Shown: one piece after another, positions 35,494-43,318 of the stretch
How the letters are laid out: every line of letters starts with the position of its first letter
Position numbering within the stretch: the first letter of the stretch is position 1
Assembly: GCA_902497095.1 (NCBI GenBank)
Contig: CABVDD010000001.1
Span: forward strand, 54,311-118,310
DNA from: an uncultured Faecalicoccus sp.
Lineage (GTDB): Bacteria; Bacillota_I; Bacilli_A; Erysipelotrichales; Erysipelotrichaceae
DNA: 64,000 bases
Reading direction: 5' to 3'
Translations under genes and position numbers: made by a program
The notes under the pieces: generated by a model
Seen by the model: the letters and a program-made list of their open reading frames with translations, nothing else
Told to the model about the DNA's origin: nothing
Databases searched by the model: none

Positions 35494-37342
35494 TATTAAA
35501 AAAAGTTATGGTGCACAAGATGTTTTAGAAAAAGCATCATTAAGCATTCGTGATAAGGAAAAAATCGCATTAGTTGGAAAAAACGGATGTGGGAAAACGA
35601 CATTGCTTAAAATTATTTGTGATAAAGAACAACCGGATCAAGGAAGTCGCGTTGTACAAAATGGAGTGCGAATCGGTTATTTGGCACAAATCACATTTTC
35701 AAATACAGAACACACAGTATATCAAGAGTTAAGCGATGCCTTTGCCAGAGTCAAAGAATTGGAAGTAAAACTTCATGAGCAGGCACACATTTTAGAAACA
35801 GATTCCAGCGAGAAGCAAATGGAGCGTTATGCTCGGCTACAAAGTGAGTTTGAAGCTTTAAATGGATATCAATACGAAGTAGAATTAAAGAATGTATTTT
35901 TCCATTTTGGTTTTGAAGAGGAAGATCTTTATAAAACATTGGACGAATTTAGTTCAGGGCAAAGAACACGTATCGCATTAGTCAAATTATTATTGTCAAA
36001 ACCAGATGTCCTTTTACTGGATGAACCGACCAACCATTTGGATATTGAAAGCATTGAATGGTTGGAAAACTATGTAAAACATTATCCAAGTGCCATTGTC
36101 TTAGTGAGCCATGATCGAATGTTTTTAGATCATGTAGTTGATGAAATTATTGAAATTGAGTATGGTGTTACGACTCGTTATGTAGGTAATTATTCTCATT
36201 ATGTTAAGGCAAAAGAAGAATTTATCAAAAAAAATCATGAAGCTTTTTTGCGTCAACAAGCCCAGATTCATCGTTTGGAAGAGTTGATTGAAAAATTTCG
36301 CTATAAGAAAAATAAAGCAGCTTTTGCCCAAAGCAAGATCAAGTATTTGGAAAGAATGGATCGTATACAAGATCGTAAGGCAGATACTTCGGCAATGCAT
36401 GCCACATTTCAATGTGCCAGAAAGGGTGGGGAACAAGTCTTAGAAGTTGAAGATTTGACAATCGGTTATGAAAAACCTTTATCAACTGTGAACTTTTCTT
36501 TGATCAAGGGGCAGAGAATGGCTATAGTAGGTCCCAATGGAATTGGAAAAAGTACTTTGATCAAAACATTAATGCATAAAGTGCCAGCTTTATCAGGTAC
36601 ATTTCATTTCGGACATCAAATCGATGTCGGTTATTTTGATCAAGACAGTGCTCATAGAAAATCAGACAAGACTGTTATTGATACGTTATGGGATATATCT
36701 CCAGATCTTACACAGACACAAATTCGTAATACTCTGGCAAGTTTTCTATTTACACAGGAAGAAGTTTTTAAAGAAATCAACACGCTTTCTGGTGGTGAAA
36801 AGGTGCGTTTGGCCTTGGCAGAACTGATGTTGATGGAAGATAATCTACTATTATTAGATGAGCCGACCAACCATTTGGATATACCAACAAAAGAAGCTTT
36901 GGAAAAAGCATTAGAGAAATACGATGGAACTATTTTGTTTGTTTCACATGACCGTATGTTTTTATCTAAAATGGCTAACCGTGTACTGGAAATGGGAATG
37001 GAAAGTAAAGTCTATGATTGTACATATTCTGAATATGTTGAGAAAAAAGAAGCGGGAACATTGACAGAAGAGTTGCCGAAGACAGAAAAAACAGAAGCAT
37101 CCGTACAAACTTTTAAAGATCGTAAAGTTTTAAAAAATCGTGTAGACAGACTTGAACAATTGTTGGAACAAGCGCAAGAAGATTTAGAAGCACTTCGAGA
37201 ACTACGTTATGAGCCAGAATATTATCAGGATTATCAAAAGATGGAAGAACTGGATCAACAAATTGATGACAAGCATAATGAAATAGCTCATTATACGCAA
37301 GAATGGGAAGAAAAGATGGAATTATTGGAATCTATGTCATAA
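35465..37342 (+). CDS. ABC-F family ATPase (translation-associated, Uup/EttA-like)
   Basis: Two ABC cassettes (GKNGCGKTT / LSGGQ-like SSGQRTR / LLLDEPTNHLD; GPNGIGKST / LSGGEKVR / LLLDEPTNHLD), no TM domain, C-terminal coiled coil. GTG start at 35465 or 35474. Confidence 0.85.
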   Translation: MRTVKLQVSNIKKSYGAQDVLEKASLSIRDKEKIALVGKNGCGKTTLLKIICDKEQPDQGSRVVQNGVRIGYLAQITFSNTEHTVYQELSDAFARVKELEVKLHEQAHILETDSSEKQMERYARLQSEFEALNGYQYEVELKNVFFHFGFEEEDLYKTLDEFSSGQRTRIALVKLLLSKPDVLLLDEPTNHLDIESIEWLENYVKHYPSAIVLVSHDRMFLDHVVDEIIEIEYGVTTRYVGNYSHYVKAKEEFIKKNHEAFLRQQAQIHRLEELIEKFRYKKNKAAFAQSKIKYLERMDRIQDRKADTSAMHATFQCARKGGEQVLEVEDLTIGYEKPLSTVNFSLIKGQRMAIVGPNGIGKSTLIKTLMHKVPALSGTFHFGHQIDVGYFDQDSAHRKSDKTVIDTLWDISPDLTQTQIRNTLASFLFTQEEVFKEINTLSGGEKVRLALAELMLMEDNLLLLDEPTNHLDIPTKEALEKALEKYDGTILFVSHDRMFLSKMANRVLEMGMESKVYDCTYSEYVEKKEAGTLTEELPKTEKTEASVQTFKDRKVLKNRVDRLEQLLEQAQEDLEALRELRYEPEYYQDYQKMEELDQQIDDKHNEIAHYTQEWEEKMELLESMS

Positions 37343-37344
37343 GG

Positions 37345-37392
37345 AACAAGCCCTTATCGTTTGATTGAAAACGTAAAAAGGGCTTGTTTTTT
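37345..37392 (+). terminator. Rho-independent terminator after the ABC-F gene
   Basis: 11-bp stem AACAAGCCCTT / AAGGGCTTGTT followed by TTTT. Confidence 0.8.
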
Positions 37393-37432
37393 GATAGATT
37401 CTTTATTAAAAATTTCAAAATCCTTTGATGAT

Positions 37433-38452
37433 CTACAAGTTAAGATGTAAGCTCTTTAAGATTTTGGGTTGTAATTCTTTTTGAACATGAAGAATAGAAA
37501 AAGCTTGTTGAATATCTGAAATTGTGCCCCTTTCCAATAAAGCAGAAATATTGTCAATTAGAGTATTTAGCTTTCCCGTTTCAATACCTTGTTCGATCCC
37601 TTGTTCAATACCCTGCTTGATACCTTGTTTCATTCCTTCTTCTATTCCATAATCTTTCCATGCCAGAAAAGCTCCCTGGGCAAATGTGCACATTTTTTCA
37701 ACCTCCTTCTTTTCTTCTTTCTTTAATAGTATATCATACTTCTTTTCTAGGATTAATAGTATTTGTTCGAATTCTCTGTCTGATAGAAACAGTAAAGATA
37801 ATAATTCCATGATATTTTTTGGTTCTTTTAAGATTTCTTCTGTGCTTTTTTCTTCTTTGGATTGAATACCGGGATATAAAAGCTGTACTTTTGAAATTCC
37901 ATAAACTTCTGGATCAAATCGAAAATTTCCGCTTTTGATCTTTTCTTCGGTTGTATACTCCAACCAGCAGTTATCCTTCTTCTTTGCATGTCGCAAACAG
38001 ATCCAAACCGATCGAACATCTAGAATATCATCGTAAGATTCATCTTGAAAACCTAGAGAATGGTTTAGTTGGCCGGCAATAAGTCGATAGGAATAATAAA
38101 GACTTCGACGTGGAAGACGATACTTGTAAGATTCTTCGCCTTGGGCTTCAATATGAATCAAAATGAATCGCTTTGGGTGCAAAGGATGCCTAAGAACATA
38201 TAAAAGATCATAGATGATCCTGGCACCAGGCATGCGAAGATCTTCCGGATTCAGGGTGACGATCTTGGAATAAGAAGAGTCTGGCTGAATCAGAGAAATA
38301 ATTTCTTGCAGGGAAAGATGTCTACATTCATCTAAGCATTGTTGAAGAAGAGCTGCCTGAACGGACTTAAAAGAGAGAATGATCTTTGACTGGGCATCAA
38401 AATAATGTTTATCCAATTCCAGAACATTACCTAATTCGTTTAAATTTGACAT
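37433..38452 (-). CDS. Rpn/YhgA-like PD-(D/E)XK recombination-promoting nuclease / putative transposase
   Basis: 339 aa. Core ILIHIEAQG...RRSLYYSYRL and the C-terminal GIEEGMKQGIKQGIEQGIEQGIETG repeat are typical of this family. Solitary minus-strand gene between + strand units. Confidence 0.6.
   Translation of the reverse strand: MSNLNELGNVLELDKHYFDAQSKIILSFKSVQAALLQQCLDECRHLSLQEIISLIQPDSSYSKIVTLNPEDLRMPGARIIYDLLYVLRHPLHPKRFILIHIEAQGEESYKYRLPRRSLYYSYRLIAGQLNHSLGFQDESYDDILDVRSVWICLRHAKKKDNCWLEYTTEEKIKSGNFRFDPEVYGISKVQLLYPGIQSKEEKSTEEILKEPKNIMELLSLLFLSDREFEQILLILEKKYDILLKKEEKKEVEKMCTFAQGAFLAWKDYGIEEGMKQGIKQGIEQGIEQGIETGKLNTLIDNISALLERGTISDIQQAFSILHVQKELQPKILKSLHLNL
37576..37647 (-). repeat. 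Six tandem 12-nt units encoding the (G-I-x-Q) repeat of the Rpn-like protein
   Basis: Units ccgtttcaatac / cttgttcgatcc / cttgttcaatac / cctgcttgatac / cttgtttcattc / cttcttctattc, read directly from the + strand. Confidence 0.8.
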
Positions 38453-38575
38453 GATGAGAAAACCTCCTATTAATAGATACGAATTTAAATGACAAAACCG
38501 TAAAAATTTTTGAAAATTTTTTGGACATTCATAAAAATCAGGAAGTGAATATAGCTAGAATCCATGCGGTGACAG

Positions 38576-38604
38576 TTTACTTTTCTTGATGTATATTCTA
38601 TAAT
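38576..38604 (+). promoter_or_regulatory. Probable sigma-A promoter of the PPi-PFK gene
   Basis: TTTACT (38576-81), N17 spacer, TATAAT (38599-604), 28 nt upstream of the ATG. Confidence 0.5.
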
Positions 38605-38632
38605 TTAGTCGTTGAAAAAAAGGAGATCTAAT

Positions 38633-40294
38633 ATGAAAATTTCATCATTACAAAAGGCTAGATATGAATATTCGCCAAAACTTCCTGGAATGTTACGTCA
38701 TGGAATTTCTGCCATCTGCGTCAAGGAAGGTGAAGAAACACAAAGCGTTGCCGATCAGGAAACAATCAAAGCATTATTCCCAAATACGTACGGAAAAAAA
38801 GAAATCACTTTTGAAAAAGGTGAAAACACATCAGAAGCTAAAAAACAAGTTGTTGGTGTTATCCTTTCTGGTGGACAGGCTCCAGGTGGACACAATGTTA
38901 TTTGTGGATTGTATGATGCTTTAAAGGCAACAAATCCAGAAAATGAATTGTACGGATTTAAAAATGGTCCAAGTGGATTGATCGAAGATGATTATTTGAT
39001 CTTTGATGATGAATATATCGATGAATACAGAAATACCGGAGGATTTGATATCATCGGTTCTGGACGTACTAAATTAGAAACGCAAGAACAGTTTGCCGTA
39101 GCTGCTGAAGTTTGTAAAAAACATGGTATTACCGCAATCGTTATTATCGGTGGTGATGACTCTAATACCAATGCAGCTGTATTGGCTGAATACTTTGCGG
39201 CAAATAACACGGGTGTACAAGTAATCGGTTGTCCAAAGACCATTGACGGAGACTTAAAAAATGAAGATATCGAATGTTCTTTTGGATTTGATACAGCTAC
39301 AAAAACATATAGCGAACTAATTGGAAACATCGAACGTGATGCCAACTCTGCTAAGAAGTACTGGCATTTTATCAAAGTCATGGGACGTTCTGCTTCTCAT
39401 GTAGCTTTGGAATGTGCATTGGAAACACAGCCTAATATTTGTCTGGTATCCGAAGAAGTTTCTGCCAAGAAGATGTCTTTGTCTCAGATTGCCGATTACA
39501 TTGCGGATTCTGTTGAAAAACGTGCTACCAAAGGAATGAACTTTGGTGTAGCCATCATTCCAGAAGGTGTTGTAGAATTTGTTCCAGAATTCTCTAAATT
39601 AATTGCGGAAATCAATGAGCTTTTGGCAGGAAGTAAAGCGGATGAATTCAATGCTTTACCAACATGGAAAGAAAAATATGCTTTCATTGAAAACGGATTA
39701 ACAAAAGAATCTATGGAAGTATTTGCCATTTTACCAGAAGGTATTCAACAACAATTATTCTTAGAACGTGATCCTCATGGAAACGTACAGGTTTCTTTGA
39801 TTGAATCTGAAAAATTATTCTCTGCTTTAGTAGCTGATAAATTGGCAGAAAGAAAAGAAGCTGGTACTTATAAAGGAAAATTCAATGCATTACATCACTT
39901 CTTTGGTTATGAAGGACGTTGTGCATTCCCATCAAATTTTGATGCCGACTATTGTTATTCATTAGGATATAATGCATTTATGTTGATTCAATATGGATAT
40001 ACAGGATACTTATCTAAAATCTCTAACTTGTCAAAACCAGCTAATGAATGGGTTGCTGGTGGTATGCCAATCACTAAGATGATGAACATCGAAAGACGTC
40101 ATGGAGAAGATAAACCAGTTATTAAAAAGGCATTGGTTGAATTAGATGGAAAACCATTCAAATATTTCGAAGCACATCGTGAAGAATGGGCTGAAAACAC
40201 ATGTTATGTATATCCAGGCGCTATTCAGTATTATGGACCAGCTGATGTATGTGACATCACAACAAAAACTTTGGCTTTAGAACAAGGTGAATAA
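38633..40294 (+). CDS. pfp: Diphosphate--fructose-6-phosphate 1-phosphotransferase (PPi-dependent phosphofructokinase, long form)
   Basis: 553 aa. GGDDSNTNA (Asp instead of the Gly found in ATP-PFK) and PKTIDGDL (Lys) are diagnostic of PPi specificity; MGR motif also present. ATG 38633 follows SD AAGGAG. Confidence 0.85.
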   Translation: MKISSLQKARYEYSPKLPGMLRHGISAICVKEGEETQSVADQETIKALFPNTYGKKEITFEKGENTSEAKKQVVGVILSGGQAPGGHNVICGLYDALKATNPENELYGFKNGPSGLIEDDYLIFDDEYIDEYRNTGGFDIIGSGRTKLETQEQFAVAAEVCKKHGITAIVIIGGDDSNTNAAVLAEYFAANNTGVQVIGCPKTIDGDLKNEDIECSFGFDTATKTYSELIGNIERDANSAKKYWHFIKVMGRSASHVALECALETQPNICLVSEEVSAKKMSLSQIADYIADSVEKRATKGMNFGVAIIPEGVVEFVPEFSKLIAEINELLAGSKADEFNALPTWKEKYAFIENGLTKESMEVFAILPEGIQQQLFLERDPHGNVQVSLIESEKLFSALVADKLAERKEAGTYKGKFNALHHFFGYEGRCAFPSNFDADYCYSLGYNAFMLIQYGYTGYLSKISNLSKPANEWVAGGMPITKMMNIERRHGEDKPVIKKALVELDGKPFKYFEAHREEWAENTCYVYPGAIQYYGPADVCDITTKTLALEQGE

Positions 40295-40312
40295 GTTTTA
40301 CATAATTAAAAA

Positions 40313-40349
40313 GAAGACTACGATGACAATGCCATTGTAGTCTTTTTTT
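40313..40349 (+). terminator. Rho-independent terminator after pfp
   Basis: Stem AGACTAC (40315-21) / GTAGTCT (40337-43) followed by T6. Confidence 0.7.
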
Positions 40350-40478
40350 GTATATAGATCTGTTAAAAATAGGGACACAATTATCTTTGTCTTTTCCCTT
40401 TAGGCATAAAAAGTAAAAGAATAAGCAGAAAAAAGAGAACTGCACTAGTACTATAAGCAGCTTCTATTTTTAAATGAT

Positions 40479-41081
40479 CTAGTCTTTATAGTTTTTAAGG
40501 ATAGCTCGAATTACTTCAAATAAATAAGGTTTGTATTCCTGAAAAGGAAGTGGTTTTTGATATAGAATGGAGTTGTAACAAGTACTGCCTACGGTTTCAA
40601 TAATGATAAACAAAATAATATCTGGTCTTTTAAAAGTATATCCACTTTTCTTTGCCAATAAAGTAAATTGCTCTAACATACCGATTTCTTCATTGTCCAT
40701 GGTTGTCTGTAATTGTTCATGAAAAATACCCCAGGAAAGATTTCGTTCAATGAACTTTAAAATGGCAGGATTATCCTCCAGGCTGAGTAAAACCTGATTA
40801 ATGATAAAAATGATCGCATCTTCAAAATTTTGTATATCATTTTGTTCCAATTTTTCTCTGGCTTCTTGGAATAATCGAGCGGCTTCTTTTTGAATCAAAA
40901 CATCTCGTATTTGATACTTGTCTTTAAAATATAAATAAAAGGTACCTTTGGCAACATTTGCTTTTTTAACGATATCCTGAACCGTTACGGAATGGATATC
41001 TTTTTTTGTGAATAAGTCAAAAGCACTGTTTAATAAGGCTTTTTCTTTATTTTTTTTGTTTTCTATCACTTTAGATTTCAT
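40479..41081 (-). CDS. TetR/AcrR family transcriptional regulator
   Basis: 200 aa counted from ATG 41081 (SD GAGGTG). N-terminal HTH ALLNSAFDLFTKKDIHSVTVQDIVKKANVAKGTFYLYF. Divergent from the MMPL gene. Confidence 0.85.
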   Translation of the reverse strand: MKSKVIENKKNKEKALLNSAFDLFTKKDIHSVTVQDIVKKANVAKGTFYLYFKDKYQIRDVLIQKEAARLFQEAREKLEQNDIQNFEDAIIFIINQVLLSLEDNPAILKFIERNLSWGIFHEQLQTTMDNEEIGMLEQFTLLAKKSGYTFKRPDIILFIIIETVGSTCYNSILYQKPLPFQEYKPYLFEVIRAILKNYKD

Positions 41082-41096
41082 AGTATCACCTCTTAT

Positions 41097-41125
41097 AGTA
41101 TAGACAAAAATGTTCATTTGGTCAA
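41097..41125 (-). promoter_or_regulatory. Probable promoter of the TetR gene
   Basis: Minus strand: TTGACC (41125-20), N17 spacer, TATACT (41102-097). Confidence 0.55.
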
Positions 41126-41172
41126 TTTTTATTTCTTAATATAAAGGATATATTAAAAAATGTTTTAAATAA

Positions 41173-41201
41173 TTGACTAATAGTCAACTTTATACTATAC
41201 T
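41173..41201 (+). promoter_or_regulatory. Probable MMPL-operon promoter with overlapping palindromic (TetR-type) operator
   Basis: TTGACT (41173-78), N17 spacer, TATACT (41196-201). The perfect palindrome TTGACTA-A-TAGTCAA (41173-41187) covers the -35. Confidence 0.6.
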
Positions 41202-41230
41202 CTTTTCCATATTGAGAAAGGATAGAGGAT

Positions 41231-43318
41231 ATGGACAGGATTTCTAAATTTATAGTTAGATACAGAAATAAGATCTTGCTTGTTGCTGTACTTCTTTTGA
41301 TTCCTAGTGTAATTGGATATTTAAACACGGGAATCAATTATGATATTCTTTCCTACTTGCCAAAAGAAGCAGAATCCATGAAAGGGCAGGAAGTCTTAGA
41401 CAAGGATTTTAATCTGGCCAGTGTAGGAATGATGGTCACTAATGATCTTTCTGATAAAGAGGTTGTTTCACTCAAAGAAAAGATTGAAAAGATCGATGGT
41501 GTAAAACAAGTATTTTGGCGAGATGATGTTCTAGATATCACATTTCCTAAAGAGATGATTCCAGAGGCACTTCAAAAACAGTTGTATTCCAAAGATTCCA
41601 CTTTGATGATCGTTACTTTTCAGGAAGATACGGCATCTCCTAAAACGATGGATGCGATTGCCCAAATCAAAGAAGTCTCAAATAAAGACTGTTATTTAGC
41701 GGGTATGAGCGCCATTGCCCAGGATACTAAAGATTTGGCAAATTCAGAAACGGTTAAATATGGCGCGATTGCCATATTGTTGAGCTTGGTGGTTTTATAT
41801 TTAGGTTTGGAATCTTCTGTAGCTCCGTTGATTTTTATGTTGGGGATGGCTTTTCCTATCATTTATAATTTTGGAACGAATATTTTCTTAGGAAAAATTT
41901 CATATATTACACAAGCTTTGGCGATGATTTTACAGTTAGCGGTGACAATGGATTATTCAATTTTTTTGTTACATCGTTATCAGGAAGAAAAGAAAAAAGT
42001 CGAGAATACATCAAATGATATGGCAATGGCTAAAGCCATACAAGCTACATTTACTTCTATCACATCTAGTTCTGTAACAACGATTGCCGGATTTTTAACA
42101 CTATGTTTTATGCAGCTTAGATTAGGCGGGGATATCGGAATCGTTATGGCTAAGGGTGTTGTGCTCGGTGTCATTTGTACGATATTTGTGCTTCCAAGCT
42201 TATTGATGATTTTTGATCGCCAGATTGAAAAATATACCCATAAAACTTTGATTCATGAATTAAAAAAAGTACCTGATTTTGTGGTTCGCCATGCCAAGTT
42301 GTTATTGTTGATCGGTATTTGTGTATTTATTCCTATGGGATATGCTCAAGGTCATGTCAAACAGTATTATGACTTAACAAGTACCTTGCCATCCGATCTT
42401 TCCAGCATGAAAGGTACAGAAGAATTAAAAGATAAGTTTAATATGAATACAACACATTTTATTTTGGTCAATGATTCTTTACCGACAAAAGATATACAAG
42501 AAATATCTGATAAAATAGAGCATCTTGATGGAATTGAAAATGTATTAGCCTATGAAGATTTTGTTGGAGGCGGTGTTCCCGGAATGTTTGAGCCACAGGC
42601 AATCAAAGATATTTTTGAAAACGGTGGCTATAAAATGTTGATTGCCAATAGTGATTATCATGCGGCAACGGATGAAGAAAATAAGCAGTTAGATGAAATT
42701 CATGAGATATTGGATCAATACGATAAAAAAGCTTTGGTGACAGGAGAAGGTATGTTATCAAAAGATTTGATCACAACGACCAATGAAGATTTTAAAGTAG
42801 TCAATGTTTTATCAATTTTGGCAATTTTTGTGATCATCTTAATCACTTTTAAATCCATCGCATTGCCATTTATCCTGGTATTGGCTATAGAATTGGCAAT
42901 AACGATCAATATGGGAATTCCATATCTTACACATACGACATTGCCGTTTATCGCTGGTATTGTCATTGGAACCATTCAATTAGGAGCTTGTGTGGATTAT
43001 GCGATTTTAATGACAACTCGTTTTAAAGAAGAACTCAGTTTAAAGAAAAGTGAAAGAGAGGCAATACGCATAGCTATTCAAAAGACTTCTCCATCTATTA
43101 TCACAAGTGGTTGTTCATTTTTTGCCGCTTGTATTGGAGTTTCTCTGATTTCTCGAATGGATTTGATTTCTAGTCTTTGTGAACTATTGGCAAGAGGTGC
43201 GATTATCTCCGTTATCAGTATTATCTTTATTTTACCAAGCATGCTTTTGCTGGGACATAAACTCATTGAAAAAACGACAAAAAAATGGCCGGTAGCTAAG
43301 GAGGATCAATATGAATAA
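41231..43318 (+). CDS. MMPL/RND-superfamily efflux transporter
   Basis: 695 aa, two 6-TM bundles each preceded by a large extracytoplasmic loop. Pattern typical of Firmicute MMPL proteins such as FarE/YdfJ. Confidence 0.8.
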   Translation: MDRISKFIVRYRNKILLVAVLLLIPSVIGYLNTGINYDILSYLPKEAESMKGQEVLDKDFNLASVGMMVTNDLSDKEVVSLKEKIEKIDGVKQVFWRDDVLDITFPKEMIPEALQKQLYSKDSTLMIVTFQEDTASPKTMDAIAQIKEVSNKDCYLAGMSAIAQDTKDLANSETVKYGAIAILLSLVVLYLGLESSVAPLIFMLGMAFPIIYNFGTNIFLGKISYITQALAMILQLAVTMDYSIFLLHRYQEEKKKVENTSNDMAMAKAIQATFTSITSSSVTTIAGFLTLCFMQLRLGGDIGIVMAKGVVLGVICTIFVLPSLLMIFDRQIEKYTHKTLIHELKKVPDFVVRHAKLLLLIGICVFIPMGYAQGHVKQYYDLTSTLPSDLSSMKGTEELKDKFNMNTTHFILVNDSLPTKDIQEISDKIEHLDGIENVLAYEDFVGGGVPGMFEPQAIKDIFENGGYKMLIANSDYHAATDEENKQLDEIHEILDQYDKKALVTGEGMLSKDLITTTNEDFKVVNVLSILAIFVIILITFKSIALPFILVLAIELAITINMGIPYLTHTTLPFIAGIVIGTIQLGACVDYAILMTTRFKEELSLKKSEREAIRIAIQKTSPSIITSGCSFFAACIGVSLISRMDLISSLCELLARGAIISVISIIFILPSMLLLGHKLIEKTTKKWPVAKEDQYE

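Noticed and set aside
37393-38560. Possible terminal inverted repeats flanking the Rpn-like gene (AAAAATTTCAAAAT at about 37410 versus AATTTTTGAAAATTTT at about 38500).
   Set aside because: These are short, imperfect, pure A/T low-complexity matches expected by chance in AT-rich intergenic DNA. There are no target-site duplications, so they are insufficient to call a mobile-element boundary.
40257-40445. 62-aa minus-strand ORF between pfp and the TetR gene. Also the 71-aa ORF at 41122-41337.
   Set aside because: These overlap the pfp terminator and the promoter/operator region respectively. They lack an SD, and their composition is low-complexity.
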